NCBI GenBank assembly: GCA_009103225.1
Contig: RHPI01003369.1
Span: 1,826,017-1,890,016 of the forward strand
Length of the DNA: 64,000 bases
Direction: 5' to 3'
From: Chlorokybus atmophyticus
Lineage: Eukaryota > Plantae > Mesostigma and Chlorokybus algae
The stretch's first letter is position 1; every line of letters starts with the position of its first letter. The position numbers and the translations under genes are program-made. Under the pieces are notes generated by a model. It searched no databases, was not told where the DNA came from, and saw nothing but the letters and a program-made list of their open reading frames with translations. Positions 1-13,698 of the stretch are shown here, piece after piece.

Positions 1-11
1 TTGTTACTCAC

Positions 12-2738
12 GGTACCTGTTGAGGTCGTTGCCGGCGAGACCGCAGCGGGTGTTGCCGACGATCACGCCGTCCGGGTTGACCATAGGAACCACCTGTAAC
101 GTTGTCGTTGTTTCAGGTGGTTGTGTAATTGTGTTTGTTGACACTCCACTTGGTGGCACATGTTGTACAATTGCAAAAGCATGCTTGCCTTGATGACGCA
201 GGCTTCCCTCAGGGCTTGAGCTTCGCGTGAGTCGCCGGTTGCAAAGTCGATGAAGCCCTAAGTAAAGTAAAGAAGTGAGTTGCTGAGCTGAGTTGTCTTG
301 CAATGGAGGAGTGGTTGTTCAACGTATGACACCTTGACCATCCAGCTTGAGTTGGTCTCGCCGGGATGGACTCGCGACGTCACCACCTGGCAACACGCAC
401 GCAAGGCGATGTTGGTCAGCATGCAGTATCAAATAACATGCAGTTCCAGCGAGACCCGTATGTCTCGCACACAATCGTGCGCACGTGCACGCGCACAGGC
501 ACGCATGCGCACGTACCACTCCCAGCCTGTTCTGCAGCGCTTTAGGGTCGCACCCAAACCGCGTGATCGTCAACAAATCACACGCCTGCGCACAACCAAC
601 CCACCATCACCATCACCACCACCACACACACACACGCACGCACACACGCACGCACGCACTCACGTTCCCCGCGAGCGTGGTGCACAGCACCCTCCTCCTG
701 CACCTGCTCTCGTCGTCCACTCCCTTGAGGTACTGCTGCAGCTGGGTGTAGGAGAACGGGTGCGCGTGGGCGACGTACACGGTGTCGGCGTCGTGGGGGA
801 AGGAGAGGGACATGGACAAAGTGGAGTAGGAGGCGTTGGGACCGCCGCCGCGACGACGGATGCCGTTCTGAGAGTGCATACCCAAGAGGTGCCTTACTGT
901 GTGTGTGTGTGTGTGCGCGCGCGCGCGAGTGCGTGTGTAAGTTCATAGTAAGATGCGTACACAGTTTAATTTGTGCACGCGGACTACATGCAGTCTGTTA
1001 CATGTGTGTGCATGTATGAAATTGTGCTGTATGTGTGTATAAACAGCTTGTCGGATGTACGCATGCATGTACGTTTCCATACCCACAAGTCATGTACTCA
1101 GCATCGACTCGTGTGTATGTCGTGTCCCCCAACACCCACCCACCTGGTAGTAGCACACGTCGTGTCCGGCGCGTCTCCACCCGCGTTTGATGAGGGACGC
1201 GTCTTTGCATGAGTAGATGAGAGGGAGGAGACCGCACTGGTAGAGGCTTTCGGGCTTCGTCACATTCACTATGTTGAAACGATACCTGATGATGACAGAA
1301 AAAAATGAGTATAACCCCACACGGTCAGCATGATGTAGCAGCGTGATATGATTAGGATAGTACCAAAGAGTGGGGTGTACCTCGTGTGAGCTCGGGTGTT
1401 GGAGATTGAAAAGAAGAACCACTGCGTATGCGCGTTTGTGCCGATATCGGGTCGCAAGAATAGGTCGTACTCATTGTCGTATACCTGCGCGCGTGTGCGC
1501 TTGCATGCGAGCTCATGAGCGTGTGCCCATGAGCGTGCGTGGGTGCATGCGTGCGTGCATATGTGTACACAAAACACACGTTGCCAAGTTCGACCCCAAC
1601 TTCAGCTACAACAATTGGACATACCTGTACCGCGCGGCGCAGGTTGCCGCATTCGAACCGGCTCTCAAACACGAGCGTCGTGTCCGACTCACTCGCAGGC
1701 ACGTAAAACGGCTCCAACTTGGCATCACCTTCCCTTTGATGCAGGCTCCAACCCCAACCCCACCTCCTGCTATCGCTATTACCATTGCTACTACTACTAC
1801 TTGCACTGTTATCTACATGGATACTGCTGCTATCACTACCGCTACAACTCGAGTTACTTTGTTTATCAGCCCCGAAGAGTGTGTTAGTACTATCTTCCGG
1901 TGGTGGAGGCGGCTTGTTCATGGAGTCGTAAACCACTCTGTTCATGGACGCTAGCGGCTGCGCCAACCTCTCCGCATCGCGCGCAAGCAACTCAGCCCTC
2001 AGGTCTGTGACACGACACAACAACATCAACACACACACACAACCTTACTGAACCATAACCACACACCTTCTCTCGGGGCCACAAGTGGTTCCCTCTGTGT
2101 GGTGTTGTCTTGTATGAATGGGGAGAGGGATGCCAGCGTCTGCGTGGTGCCCGTCTTGGGAGGCAAGCTGTTGAATGTGGGGGAGAGGCCGCGCACGCTG
2201 TCGAGGAAGTCGTCGGCTAAGGGGAGAGGAGGTGGGAGCTCCAACACCCTGAGGAGGATGGTGAGTGACTCACCAATTGTGTAATGCAGAGGTGGCACAG
2301 ATACACGCATGCAAACATGGACATGCATGCACGCGCACTTGCACGCAGACGCCCGCGCGCGTGTGTGCACAGCCACACAGCGTGGTTGTGGGCACGCTGT
2401 GTAGCTGTGCACATGTACTTGCCCACAACCACCTGACAATCATGCGCACGTGCGTGTGCACACACACACACACACACACATGGACGCATGGAGGTAACAA
2501 ACTTAAGTCATGTATTCAACATGCATCCTGTGTACCTGCTTGTGCGTGCTGCTCTGAGCGGTTGTCTCAGTGAAGCCAGCTGTTGTTGCAGAGAAGACTC
2601 ATCAGTAAGGCAGCTTCCATCCGGATCTTCCAGAGCAGCAGCAGCAGCAGCAGCTGTTCCTGGAACTTCCTCCTCATCCCTCAGAACGAAAGCTTCCAGC
2701 GTCTCTATCTCCATACCCATAAGTGCACACAACACCCT
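12..2738 (-). CDS. Cytosolic carboxypeptidase (M14D, CCP1/AGTPBP1/Nna1-like tubulin deglutamylase); 3' end runs off the window, 5' exons uncertain
   Basis: Phase-consistent exons 2536-2738, 2067-2248 (alternative donor near 2048), 1625-2004, 1381-1484, 1144-1285, 664-867, 517-585, 333-386, 189-257, 12-93. They give FESRFECGNL, EYDLFLRPD..HTQWFFF, YRFNIVN, CTTLAGNACDLLTIT, SRVHPGETNSSW and VPMVNPDGVIVGNTRCGLAGNDLNR, the CCP-family motifs. Intron 94-188 has a GC donor. Further upstream exons to about 3420 are likely but unresolved. Confidence 0.93.
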
Positions 2739-3057
2739 CTACAGTGTAGAGTCTACGCCCACACTAACTGATAGTGTGCTTGTGAGCACTTGTTGCAGTG
2801 CCTGGGGCACACTGGTAATAGAATTTCTGTGCCTACGTCCATCGTTGCTTGTGGGGCGTTTGCAACTTTGCGCGCGTGAAGGTGAAAACTTCTCCCTTGT
2901 GCGCGTTAGCCTGCGTGCCGTGGTTTCATGAGTTCTGGAACGCAGGATTTATTGTACATCTCCAGCTATAATGCCGCACTCTGTTTTTGGCTTCTGGTTC
3001 ATCAATGATGAGGTCATCAACCCCACCCCACCCCTCTGATCCACAAAAACCAACCAA

Positions 3058-3060
<3 letters not shown>

Positions 3061-3143
<83 letters not shown>
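3061..3143. repeat. (CT)n microsatellite followed by a (GCGTGT)n tract
   Basis: Uninterrupted TC dinucleotide run seen directly. Confidence 0.98.
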
Positions 3144-3147
<4 letters not shown>

Positions 3148-6100
3148 GTGTGCGTGTGCGTGTGCGTGTGCGTCTGTGTGCGGGTGTATGTGTCTGTCGG
3201 CGTATGTGCACGCTCACCTCACTCTCAACCGCAAAAAAGCTTCACGGGCCTCGTGCTTGACCAATCCCTCACTTCCAACCTGATCCATCTGTCATCCTTA
3301 TCCTTCCCTACTATACGCGACAGCGCCGCCTCCGCCTCCGCCGCCGCCGCCGAGGAGGAGGCCGACGACGACGTGGAGGACAACGGCCAGCCGGTTGCAG
3401 TGTCGGTAATGACCGGCCGCACGTGACCTCTGTTGCGCCGAAAACAAGCATTTCTCAAAATGCAAGGCAGACACCCAAAAGGTGGTGTCAAACACCTGCT
3501 GCATTATCCAGTCAATAGCTTTGAGGCGCCAATATGGCTCTTCTTTGTTGCTTTATTGCCGGCTCCGTTATTGATAAATCATTGATGCTGACGGGGGCTT
3601 CGTTAGTGACTTCAACACAATGAAATAAACATATACATTACTCTTCTCGCATACAGGCTTCCCCTGCTAAAGCAATAACATTTTCCCCATGGCTCTTCAT
3701 TCCACAAACGGGGGTATTCCCTTGACGGAAGAATATATATGCTCAAAATGAGGGCTTTCTCTGTTGCCTTTGAGCCTCGTCATCCTTGAGTTGCGCATCA
3801 CTAACCATGGTGGCCGTGGGACGATTATCATTGCTATAATTGCAGATGGACTGGTTATTAATGATGTCATGAATGTGATTGAGCATTGATATCGCTCACT
3901 TGCTGGTGTTCAAGAGTACGCATTGTGGACACTCAGCTGAACAGCATGGGTATTGCACGCGTGTTGTTGCGAATGGTTTCATGCAACATAAACCACAAAA
4001 AGAAACATGCAAGCAACTACTGTAGCTAATTGTATCACGCTAATTGACTGTGAGCAGGCGATCACCAGCTGAGGTTGTTCGCCACAACCTTGTCACCCAT
4101 GCACTACTCAATGGGAAGGCCGATAATACGCTGAGAATGCTTGCTTTTACCCATTAACACGACAAGAATGATGCTATTAAGATGTACTTAAAGTTGGGTG
4201 CTGCTGATGAGTCGGGCGTGTGCTAGTTGTTTGGCGATGCCTGCATGCGTTATAATTGTTCTATGCAAGTTGTGGCAGCTGTGGTCACCATTGTTTTACT
4301 TTAGCTCGTGGCATCGTGCGCATGCGCGCATGCGTGCACATGCGCGTGCCTCATCGCACGCGTGTAAGTGTTGAGCGTGCGTTGATGTCATATTGTTGAC
4401 TTTAGTCGTGGCAGTTGTTGTTGTATTGTCTTTGTTGACATGTGGCAGGATGTGCATGCGTGCGAGCGCGCCAGCAATTCGTGAATTGATATGTCATAAA
4501 CAATCATTGTTTGTACATTAACACTTATCATATAGTAGTTTTATAATAGATTACTTCCCTCATTGCAACTCATATATTGGGACCACCACGCAGCTATTCA
4601 CGCATGCTTGACGAGAACATCAACGGTGTGCGCAAACGCATTTTAGGCAAATATGTGCAATTCATTGACAGGAGACAACAAACATAAACAGCATTTGAGT
4701 CAAGCTTAGACTATGTCGGCAATAAAGAATGGTTTATTTTGCGGGATAGGAAAAGGGAATTATTTGTGCAAATTGCCAATCATGCATAGCAATACAAGTT
4801 ATAAATATACATATATATAGATAGCCATATGAAAGCATATGCGTATATATGTATGTATATGTATATATGTTATAGCCATATTGATACAATGGATACTCGC
4901 AAATCACATGTGTATGCAATGATCATGGCAAGACGTTGGTCGTAAACAGCAATAACAACACGCGCACACATCAATACAAGCACCCCTAGCCAATACCATT
5001 GGGAATTAGGCGTGGCCATGGCAGCACACAACTTAGTGTTAGACCATACATGTATGTGCACTGCACAATGCATGTGGGCATGCACATGTGCATGTGCATT
5101 AGTGTTTACAAGAGTATCAAATGAGATTTTGTGTAGATGGCTTTAAGGTCAGCATGACAATGTGATTCAAAGGTTAGCAGGAAGTTGATCCCAATATTTG
5201 TATAGTACAAGAGTTGGCTGAACATATGTGCTTGTGAATATGTTTAAAAAATATGGAGCAAATGTCGTGTGGCAAGGTGCATGGGTACAACAGCATACCG
5301 GTTTTTATAAACATCAACAGATAAGTAAGAGATGTGGCTTAGACATGTCGCAAAGCACATGATATCATTATTGCCACCTAAACGGGCCCAATTGAATTGA
5401 GCATGCTTGATGCCCACTAATATGAAATAGGTACATAGCCACAACAATTGGCATGGAATGGTAATGAGAACTGTTATATATAGCAAGTAGAAGCCTCTAT
5501 GTCACATAGTTTCGGAAATGCTCAGGCTTTTAAGCAGCGCGCCCGTTTTCGGAACTCGTTTGCGAACGTGGCTAAGAGCCAGATAAAGGGTGCACGTTGC
5601 CAGCCTCAGTAGTATGCACACTCGGATGCCAATTGATGCCACCTTTCACCGCAGCTTGCAGTACTAGTCCACCAACAGCATTGCCTGCACCAATAAGTAA
5701 CAATTACTACTTGCGCAAAAGCTGCGTGACGTTAAATATGTTTTTTGCTTTGTTGAACCTCTGAAGCCTCCGGGGTTCAAATAACACAAAAATACGTACA
5801 GTATGTATTACCTTAAACATACATGTACAAAATCTTGAAAGTTTAACTTACACATGAAGACCAACCTGGCAGGTAGTGGACGGATAACCTTCCGTGCAGC
5901 ATGCATTTCGTAAGGCAGTTTTTGAGGGGGAAACGAGGGAAAACACGCAGGTGGCCAGATAAGCCTAGTAGTGGTATCATAAAAATCGGAATTGTGGTTT
6001 GCATATCGTTATATAACTTTCCACCTCGCCATTTCTCAAGCCCCAACCTTCACTTTTGCCCCCTATCAAGAACCCTAAGCATCCCCAAACTGGCTATTAT

Positions 6101-6322
6101 GTGTAGCACACGCAATTTTATAATAGTTCAAGTTCAACGCAACCACATGAGTGTGGACTACATTTTTATATATGTACAAAAACAGCCATGAAACATGCCC
6201 ATCAGTACTGTCATCAACATCACATTGTATAGCATACGGTATCTTATATCATGCATAAACTCATGCATTTGCTAAAGCTACCCATTTGTTAACTATTAAG
6301 GGCACTTACGAATACATACAAT

Positions 6323-6374
6323 ATCGCTCCAATACACCCCTGTGCATGTTTGCACAGAGGTGTATTGGAGCGAT
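6323..6374. repeat. Near-perfect inverted repeat, 24-bp stem with 4-nt loop
   Basis: ATCGCTCCAATACACCCCTGTGCA-TGTT-TGCACAGAGGTGTATTGGAGCGAT; one C.A mismatch. Confidence 0.95.
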
Positions 6375-7205
6375 CACACTCTTTGTGAGATTCGCCTCGT
6401 ATCTTACATATAACATGGACAAAAGTTTTGTACATTACACTAGACAATTGCTCATGTAATAATGCTATAATAGTGCGCTTGCATGCGCACAGTAGTGAAT
6501 GACTTCGTGTACAGTGGTTTATGCGATTGCGATGTAAACGGATATTTGCATCATGTGTTTACAACATGTTATGTTAATCTAGCTGATTATACTGTATTGA
6601 GGGACATCATGGTAAACTCTTTCAATAATTATTATCAACCATTAACGCGAATCAAATCAAGACCATTGATACTAACGAGTGGCATAAATGCTACCACATT
6701 TGTGCCGCTCGTTATGCTTTACATGACGTGTTACCGAACACGTCACATAAAGCATAATAATCAGCATTAACTTGTAGCATATAAAGCGGATAAAACATTT
6801 GCACGCATTGCACATTACTTAATGCCACATATATTGTGATATACATTCACATGTATATAACAAGTTATATACATGGGGTTGACCGTTATTATGTAGTAAC
6901 ATGCGCTAACTTATGCATGTGCTTTTATCATATGATATATGGCATGTGCGCATATGCCATACATATGGCAAAAGCACATGCAACACAAGAGAACTCATTT
7001 ATTGTAACAAATGTACAACAACATGTGCATGCTGTATGAGAAGACTCATATAATATAATATTGTATGACATACAAATATATGCAATATGTAATCATATTT
7101 CATGGTGTTATTCAATTCATCATATTGGTTTGATGCCACACGGACTGCGGTATTGCAATTTGTAATGTAAGGGGTTAATGCACGACTTGCTCGCACAATA
7201 CATTA

Positions 7206-7540
7206 CCGTATTTACCGTTCACAATGCCCCCCCCTATAACAATCACCCTTTTAGATGTTCAGGGGGGGCACACTGTTATGCTGTACTACGCCCCCTTCTC
7301 GCATAAAGTGGCCCCCTGCTACGAGGTTACGCATAAAATACAATAAGTTACACTTAAAGTTACGGTTATAATACGTATATTGACCGTCAGGTTATGTTAG
7401 ATGCAGCCAAATACGGTAAATTAGCGTAATTAATGTAATACAATGCCCCCATTCAAGTAGAGTGCCCCCGAATATAATTACCCCTCCATAAAGTTTTTTG
7501 GGGCAATTTGTTGGGGGGCACTGTGAACGGGTAACTACGG
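7206..7540. mobile_element. 335-bp MITE of the Tc1/mariner (pogo-like) type
   Basis: Left end TA|CCGTATTTACCGTTCACAATGCCCCCC; right end GGGGGGCACTGTGAACGGGTAACTACGG|TA, whose reverse complement is CCGTAGTTACCCGTTCACAGTGCCCCCC. TA flanks both sides; no coding capacity. Confidence 0.8.
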
Positions 7541-7959
7541 TACTCTCAATTGTTTTACTAAGTCTCTGAATCGAACTCCCTTGAGTCCCCCTTTATTGAC
7601 GTATAAAATAGCTTATAATCAAAATTTATGCTTTTGCTTATGATGTGCCACATGGTTTAGCATGAATTGGTTGCACTTGACTCGACTTTGGTTCACTGCG
7701 CTCTCATCCACGGTCTATTAATAACTCCATCCCCCCCCCTTCGCGCGAACACAATGGTACTTTGTAACACGCCCGCGCGCTTTTAATAAAACGGTATTGT
7801 GTTTTTATTTGTGGTATAAGCTCTATGCCGGATTGATTTTAAGTAATGGAATGGATTATTTAACTTTTTCGTTATGTTCATACTCTATATACCACGCCAT
7901 TTAAATAGTGCAATCCATTCTCTTTATTATAGACCAATCATAAAGGCGCACCCCCCCCC

Positions 7960-8621
7960 NNNNNNNNNNNNNNNNNNNNNNNNNNNNNNNNNNNNNNNNN
8001 NNNNNNNNNNNNNNNNNNNNNNNNNNNNNNNNNNNNNNNNNNNNNNNNNNNNNNNNNNNNNNNNNNNNNNNNNNNNNNNNNNNNNNNNNNNNNNNNNNNN
8101 NNNNNNNNNNNNNNNNNNNNNNNNNNNNNNNNNNNNNNNNNNNNNNNNNNNNNNNNNNNNNNNNNNNNNNNNNNNNNNNNNNNNNNNNNNNNNNNNNNNN
8201 NNNNNNNNNNNNNNNNNNNNNNNNNNNNNNNNNNNNNNNNNNNNNNNNNNNNNNNNNNNNNNNNNNNNNNNNNNNNNNNNNNNNNNNNNNNNNNNNNNNN
8301 NNNNNNNNNNNNNNNNNNNNNNNNNNNNNNNNNNNNNNNNNNNNNNNNNNNNNNNNNNNNNNNNNNNNNNNNNNNNNNNNNNNNNNNNNNNNNNNNNNNN
8401 NNNNNNNNNNNNNNNNNNNNNNNNNNNNNNNNNNNNNNNNNNNNNNNNNNNNNNNNNNNNNNNNNNNNNNNNNNNNNNNNNNNNNNNNNNNNNNNNNNNN
8501 NNNNNNNNNNNNNNNNNNNNNNNNNNNNNNNNNNNNNNNNNNNNNNNNNNNNNNNNNNNNNNNNNNNNNNNNNNNNNNNNNNNNNNNNNNNNNNNNNNNN
8601 NNNNNNNNNNNNNNNNNNNNN
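7960..8621. other. Assembly gap (N run) preceded by a C homopolymer
   Basis: 662 N characters directly after CACCCCCCCCC. Confidence 0.99.
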
Positions 8622-10010
8622 CGCCTCTCCTTTGAAACCAATATAAAAATAGAGCAATCAAACAACAACAACGCAGCACCCTTATCTACAACACGAACAT
8701 CACGCTCCTATACCATAAACGCATACCATAAAGTATTATACAGTCTTCGTGGTGTTCCAATGTTTCCATTCCGCTCGTCAACTTGGCAGCCAAACGTTAG
8801 CTTCTCAAAGAGCACTTGGAAAAAAAACGTTAATCCAACGGACCGCTTTGCGCGCCCACACGAGCTTGAAACTCGCTCGCACGGCTCGAATTCTGCAAGC
8901 CTCCCTCGCGCTCGCTCGCGCGCGCGCGCGCTGCATTTTAAGTTATTCAGCTCTAAGAACAACAATTTATCGCCTGCAAACACTCGCAGCCTCCAGCATC
9001 CCGACGAATCTCGATAAGCCGGCCGGACTGCGGTTGGACGATGCATGATGCAATATCGTTGTTTAGGAAACGGTCGGGCCCCCCCTGTCCTGATGTGGTC
9101 GATTACAATCATGGCGTTGCTCGCGATAGGCCTAACAACACCGGCGCCGCTGCTGACGAGTGGGTTAATCCCAGCGCCGCCACCAACAGAGAGCCACAAT
9201 GACGTCCGCTAACCGCCGCGCGTGCTTTTATGCTTTACAAATCGCAGTTGGTTGACTGCGATATGTGACGTACACTGGGTTCGAACTGTGTTAAAACCGA
9301 GGAGTCTAACCGTATGGAAGGAATAGCAGTCCCAGTAACGAGGAACCCCCGATCGAGACTTCTAGTTACATGACTGCGCAAAAGGGGGGCTTCCGAACCG
9401 GCGAAAGCCTTTCGCGGCCGCCGCCATAGCCAAAAAGCTTTGAGCAGCTTATGGCCCTGCAATTGTTTTTTCATCACAACCACCCAAAATAACAGAAATT
9501 CCAAATGTTGTATGATGAAGCAGGCAAGCGTGTAAGGCGAGGTTGATGACAATGTTCATCACAGCTTCAGCAAAGCAAGCAAGCCGGTTTGTTGTTTGCG
9601 CGCGCGCTTGAAGTGGTTCAACTTTTGAAGTTTTGAGGCTTTTGGGTGTGCGCCTGCGGTGGCGGCGGCGGAGGGGCGGAGGGAGGTGGCGGAGGCGGTG
9701 CTGGCGGAGGTGGAGGAGGTCAGCGCAGCTGTTAGAGGGTTGCTTGTGGTAGGCACTGTCAGGGTTTTGCGTTGTAGAGCGTTTGGTAAGGTCGTTTTGC
9801 TGCAGTCTGGAGGGAGAGCTCAGCACTTGGTGGGCTACCAGGCTGGAAGGCAGGCAGGAAGGCAGGAAGGCAGGCGCCTGCCTGTTGTAGAGGACAGTGT
9901 AGACGAGTTTACGGTGCACCTTGTGGGGGTGTTGGTGGAGCAGGCGCTGTGGGGTCGGTCGGTAGCGCCTTGTAGGAAGCGAGCGTGGTGGTTCTCCAGA
10001 AGTGTCCCAC

Positions 10011-12239
10011 ATGCTGGCAGAGCAGCCTGATGTAAGATATGGCAGCATGCAGCCGTTGGTCTGTGTGTTTATTTGAGCCTTGGCAAACCAGTGGAAGGCT
10101 GCTAGGGTTACACAACGACCCAGCGCTGCAAGCACGCCTGTTGCAATAGCATGTATGCGTAATGTACCACTCTTATCGTTGTGGACCTTCCTATCTGCAG
10201 CGCTGGTCTACCCTTTGCTACTACTCTAATCAAGTTGCGGTGGACCTTTTGCCTGGCTTGGTACAGCATTGTTCGCACAGAGGCCAACTGTACACATACT
10301 TGCACGTGTAGTGGCACTGAGGAGAGTGTGGTTCTGCGGTTGGGGGGATGATAACTATGCATGTTGTTGACAGGTGCCAGCTGGCGCAGTTTCAGACACA
10401 GCGATGATGCCAGCATCGTCGCCTGACCCGGATACAGGGCCAGAGGAGGGAGACAACGGGAATGGACACAGGCAGACGGAGGAGGACGAGCAGGAGGTGA
10501 AACCCATGCTGCTGCCACCAGCCGCTGCCACACCAACTGCAGCAGCTGCCTCGAAACCGCGCACGACGGTGCCAGTTTACCCACGCCCGCTGTACTCACA
10601 TGAGATTGTAACCAAAGACCCCTCACTCTTCCTGGAAGCGCTGCACAAGTTCCACGATGCTCTGGGCACGTCCTTAGCTCGGTCAGTGCTGTTGTTTGCT
10701 TTGCATTTCGCAAAGCACTTGCAAGTTGAGCTGAAGCATATCTCATACTCACCGACCCTCGCACTTTTTGTAGCATGCCCGTTATTGCTGGCAAAGAGTT
10801 AGACTTGTTCCTTCTGTTCAAGGAGGTCACAGCGCGCGGCGGTTTTGAAAAGGTGCGGTGTTTACTTGCTGCGCATATGCCAGTGCATGCTAGCAATATA
10901 GTCTCTGATTGCATGCTTTTGGCTTGTTATTGCATGCAGGTCATCAGAGACAAGACCTGGAAGGATGTGATGAAACCCTTTGAATTCCCGCCCACGCAAA
11001 CAAGTGCCTCGTTCATACTGCGCAAGTACTATGTGAAGCTGTTGTGGGACTTTGAGCAGGTGTATTACTTTCACAATCAGGGAGCGCCTGTTCCTCCACC
11101 AGGTTAGCCATGTTTGCTGTGCCTGCCCACAAGGTGCATGACGCTTAGATGCAGTAGAGTCGCATTGCATGCATCCTTGTTGGCTTACTCTGTCGTTGCA
11201 TGTGCAGAGATAGCGCTCAGGGAAACTCCTGGGAGGAGCACTGGTCCGCGAATACTTACAGCAGCGACATCAGGCGAGCCAAAGCAGCGGAGAAAGCGGA
11301 AGAAGATGATGCACGAAAGCCAAGCTATCAGTAAGTGTTTGTTGTTGGTAGCTGCACGCACATGTTGCACTCTCAGCACTTATGAGTACGGCACTGGTAG
11401 GGTGTCTCTACATTGCCACCATCAGCAACTAAGATCAACAGGTGTTCATGCTGCAGTTGATCCTGCCAAGGTGGTGGGTGAGAAGGTGATTGGCTCTGTG
11501 GACTCGAAGTTCGAGTATGGTTACTTCGTCACCGTCAACATCCAAGGCAAAACCTTCAAGGGCATCCTGTACCATTCTCCAGAGGCCAAAGGCATGCCAA
11601 CGGTCCCGCCTCTCTATCTGCCGAGCATGGCGATATCGGTGGCTACGGCCGCAATGTCTGGACAAGACGATGACAAGCCGCGGAAGAGACGTGGACGAAA
11701 GCGGCGCGATGAGGCGCTGAGAAAGGACCCCAACGCACCAAAGCCTCCGCGCACAGGCTTCAACTTCTACTCCATGCGCGTGGGCAGACCCAGAGCACGC
11801 GAGATGCATCCTGATGTCGGCGAGCGGGAGCTGCCTAAGTTCATCGGCGAGTTGTGGAACTCAACATCAACAGAAGAGCGCCAGGTCCGTCTTTATGCAT
11901 GCCATGCGGTCATGACACAAAAACCCTGGGCTCATCTACTTGTAGTGCTTTCATATCAAACCTACTGTCATCATGCTGATGTGCTTACTCTTGCAGCCAT
12001 ACTTGGAGATGGCAGCGGCGGATAAGGAGCGCTATGAGCGTGAGCTGAGAGAGTACAGGGAGCAGCATGGCGGTGTCCTGCCTGATGTTGACACCCTGCC
12101 TGCTGACAATAATGACCACCAGGACAACCTTACCTCAAATAACACTGAGCCCGGCCCCGCCACTGTGGCTGAAACCAGCAACCATCATGCCGCTGGCATG
12201 GAGGCAGGACCTTCAGAACCACACTACCAACTTCCTTGA
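10011..12239 (+). CDS. ARID/BRIGHT plus HMG-box chromatin protein (plant ARID-HMG, HMGB9/10/11/15 family)
   Basis: Exons 10011-10031, 10374-10681, 10774-10852, 10940-11102, 11208-11330, 11442-11884, 11997-12239, all GT-AG and phase-consistent. ARID: MPVIAGKELDLFLLFKEVTARGGFEKV...LRKYYVKLLWDFEQVYYF. Plant-type linker: IGSVDSKFEYGYFVTV..FKGILY. HMG box: KDPNAPKPPRTGFNFY...IGELWN...AADKERYEREL. First exon is the least certain. Confidence 0.93.
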
Positions 12240-13698
12240 CAGTGCTGCAGCCACACGTGAGGGGTTCCTTTTTGCAGTCTAACTTGCGAGGCAGACTGTC
12301 CTATTAATAAGTTGTAACGTTATAAGCTGCTTAAATATGCTGCTCAAATGCGGGCTGGGAATGTCTGATGAGCAGTAATTTTTGCGCATGTGTCAGCTGT
12401 CGCAAATCTCAGCTTACGCAGTCAGCCTGGTGGTGTGCCAGCTAATGCTGGTAGGTTTCATCCTGGCAATGCCTAATTGGATGCGTTTTCCTCCACTAGA
12501 CTACATACCATGAGCGTGCACTGGCTTATCATTGCTTGTGCGCGAGTAGTGAAGTACCTTAGCGGCGTAGCAGCAGTGGGGCACAAGATCAGAAAGGCCA
12601 GTATTGATGTTGGCCACCACCTTGTGTCTGAGTTAGTACTGCTATATATTGTGCTGCTGTTCGCTTGCATGTGAACACGGCATGTGTGACATTGCATGCA
12701 CGGATTCCCCATTCCCTTTCCTATACATCATCACGAGCAGCGTGCCGTGGTCAATTGCAGCGTTCCTGCCTAGACTGCAGGGTTAGCGTTACATGTTACA
12801 GGAAGATCAACACCAAGCAGTCTGCTTCTTGATGTAGAAGCTGCGGCATGCTTAGAGCCCCCATATGGTAAGCGGTGTGGGTTGTTACTATCATGGTCTT
12901 GAGTTTGTGTATTGGTTACTGTACAAATAATGCGAAATGGAAATGCACATGCCTAGTGTACAGGATATGCGCGAGACAACTGGCGACATGACGTCACAAC
13001 AGCATAGCATACCAACCAGCATGCAAACAGGTGTGTCTATGCGGCTCGCAGTTGCTGTTACCACTGCATAGGATATGTGAAGTGCTGTTTCGCACACTTG
13101 TGTTGCGTGGGTAAGCATGACGGCCAAAGCGCCCCACCACGCACAGCTGATATGACAGTTGTAAAGGTTTACTATATACAAACAATGCGGGGCGCACTAT
13201 GCCACATCACATTGGAGATGAGCGTACGCAGCAGCGTAGACAGTGGAATAATACACGGCATGCAGCAGTACTCCACACTCTATATCGCTAAAGTAGTACA
13301 AGTCAAGGGGCACCAGCAGCCCGTGTGGCAGGTGATAATGATGACTACGCATGCTTGCATGCCTGATGGGGTGTAACGGTAGTATAGGAAGTAGCCAAGT
13401 TCGGAGGAGTAGATGAGCCCGGTGGGTAATAGAACATGCCTATGTGGCTGGCTGCTGCGTGCTTGTTGTGTGAACGTGGCACTATGTGCATGTACTATGC
13501 ATGCGCCACCCCACATCGCAATTTGTGTACACGTGTCATGCTGGCCACATCACCATCTGCAGTGAGCCCCTAGCAGTATGGGTCAATAATACACCCATAC
13601 CACAGCAACAACATAATTTGTGGACTTGTCCACAATAGCAACAGCGAACATGCTAGAATTGATCGAGTCATACAACCAAGGTGTGCACCAATACGCCG

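Noticed and set aside
298-948. 216-aa plus-strand ORF and similar antisense or microsatellite ORFs over gene islands
   Set aside because: They are shadows of the real genes or translations of CA/TG/CG intron tracts (His/Thr/Ala/Arg or Cys/Val runs) with no recognisable domain.
4040-4230. Plus-strand frame with a faint ankyrin-like segment (DAIKMYLKLGAAD)
   Set aside because: Interrupted by a stop, only one weak repeat, and no splice model.
7874-8679. Long ORFs spanning the first gap (also 50189-50450)
   Set aside because: Artefacts of translating N runs.
9241-9290. tRNA-like GGTTCGAAC with an upstream hairpin (also GGTTCAAAT near 5775)
   Set aside because: The T-stem does not pair and there is no acceptor stem or anticodon arm.
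9449-10135. Overlapping ORFs (228 aa minus, 123 aa plus) upstream of ARID-HMG; faint Penelope-like HP..K look
   Set aside because: No ATG for the plus ORF and no convincing RT or GIY-YIG motif; more simply the 5' UTR/promoter of ARID-HMG.
13330-13370. TGATGA...CTGA resembling snoRNA C/D boxes
   Set aside because: Boxes are only about 25 nt apart with no terminal stem.
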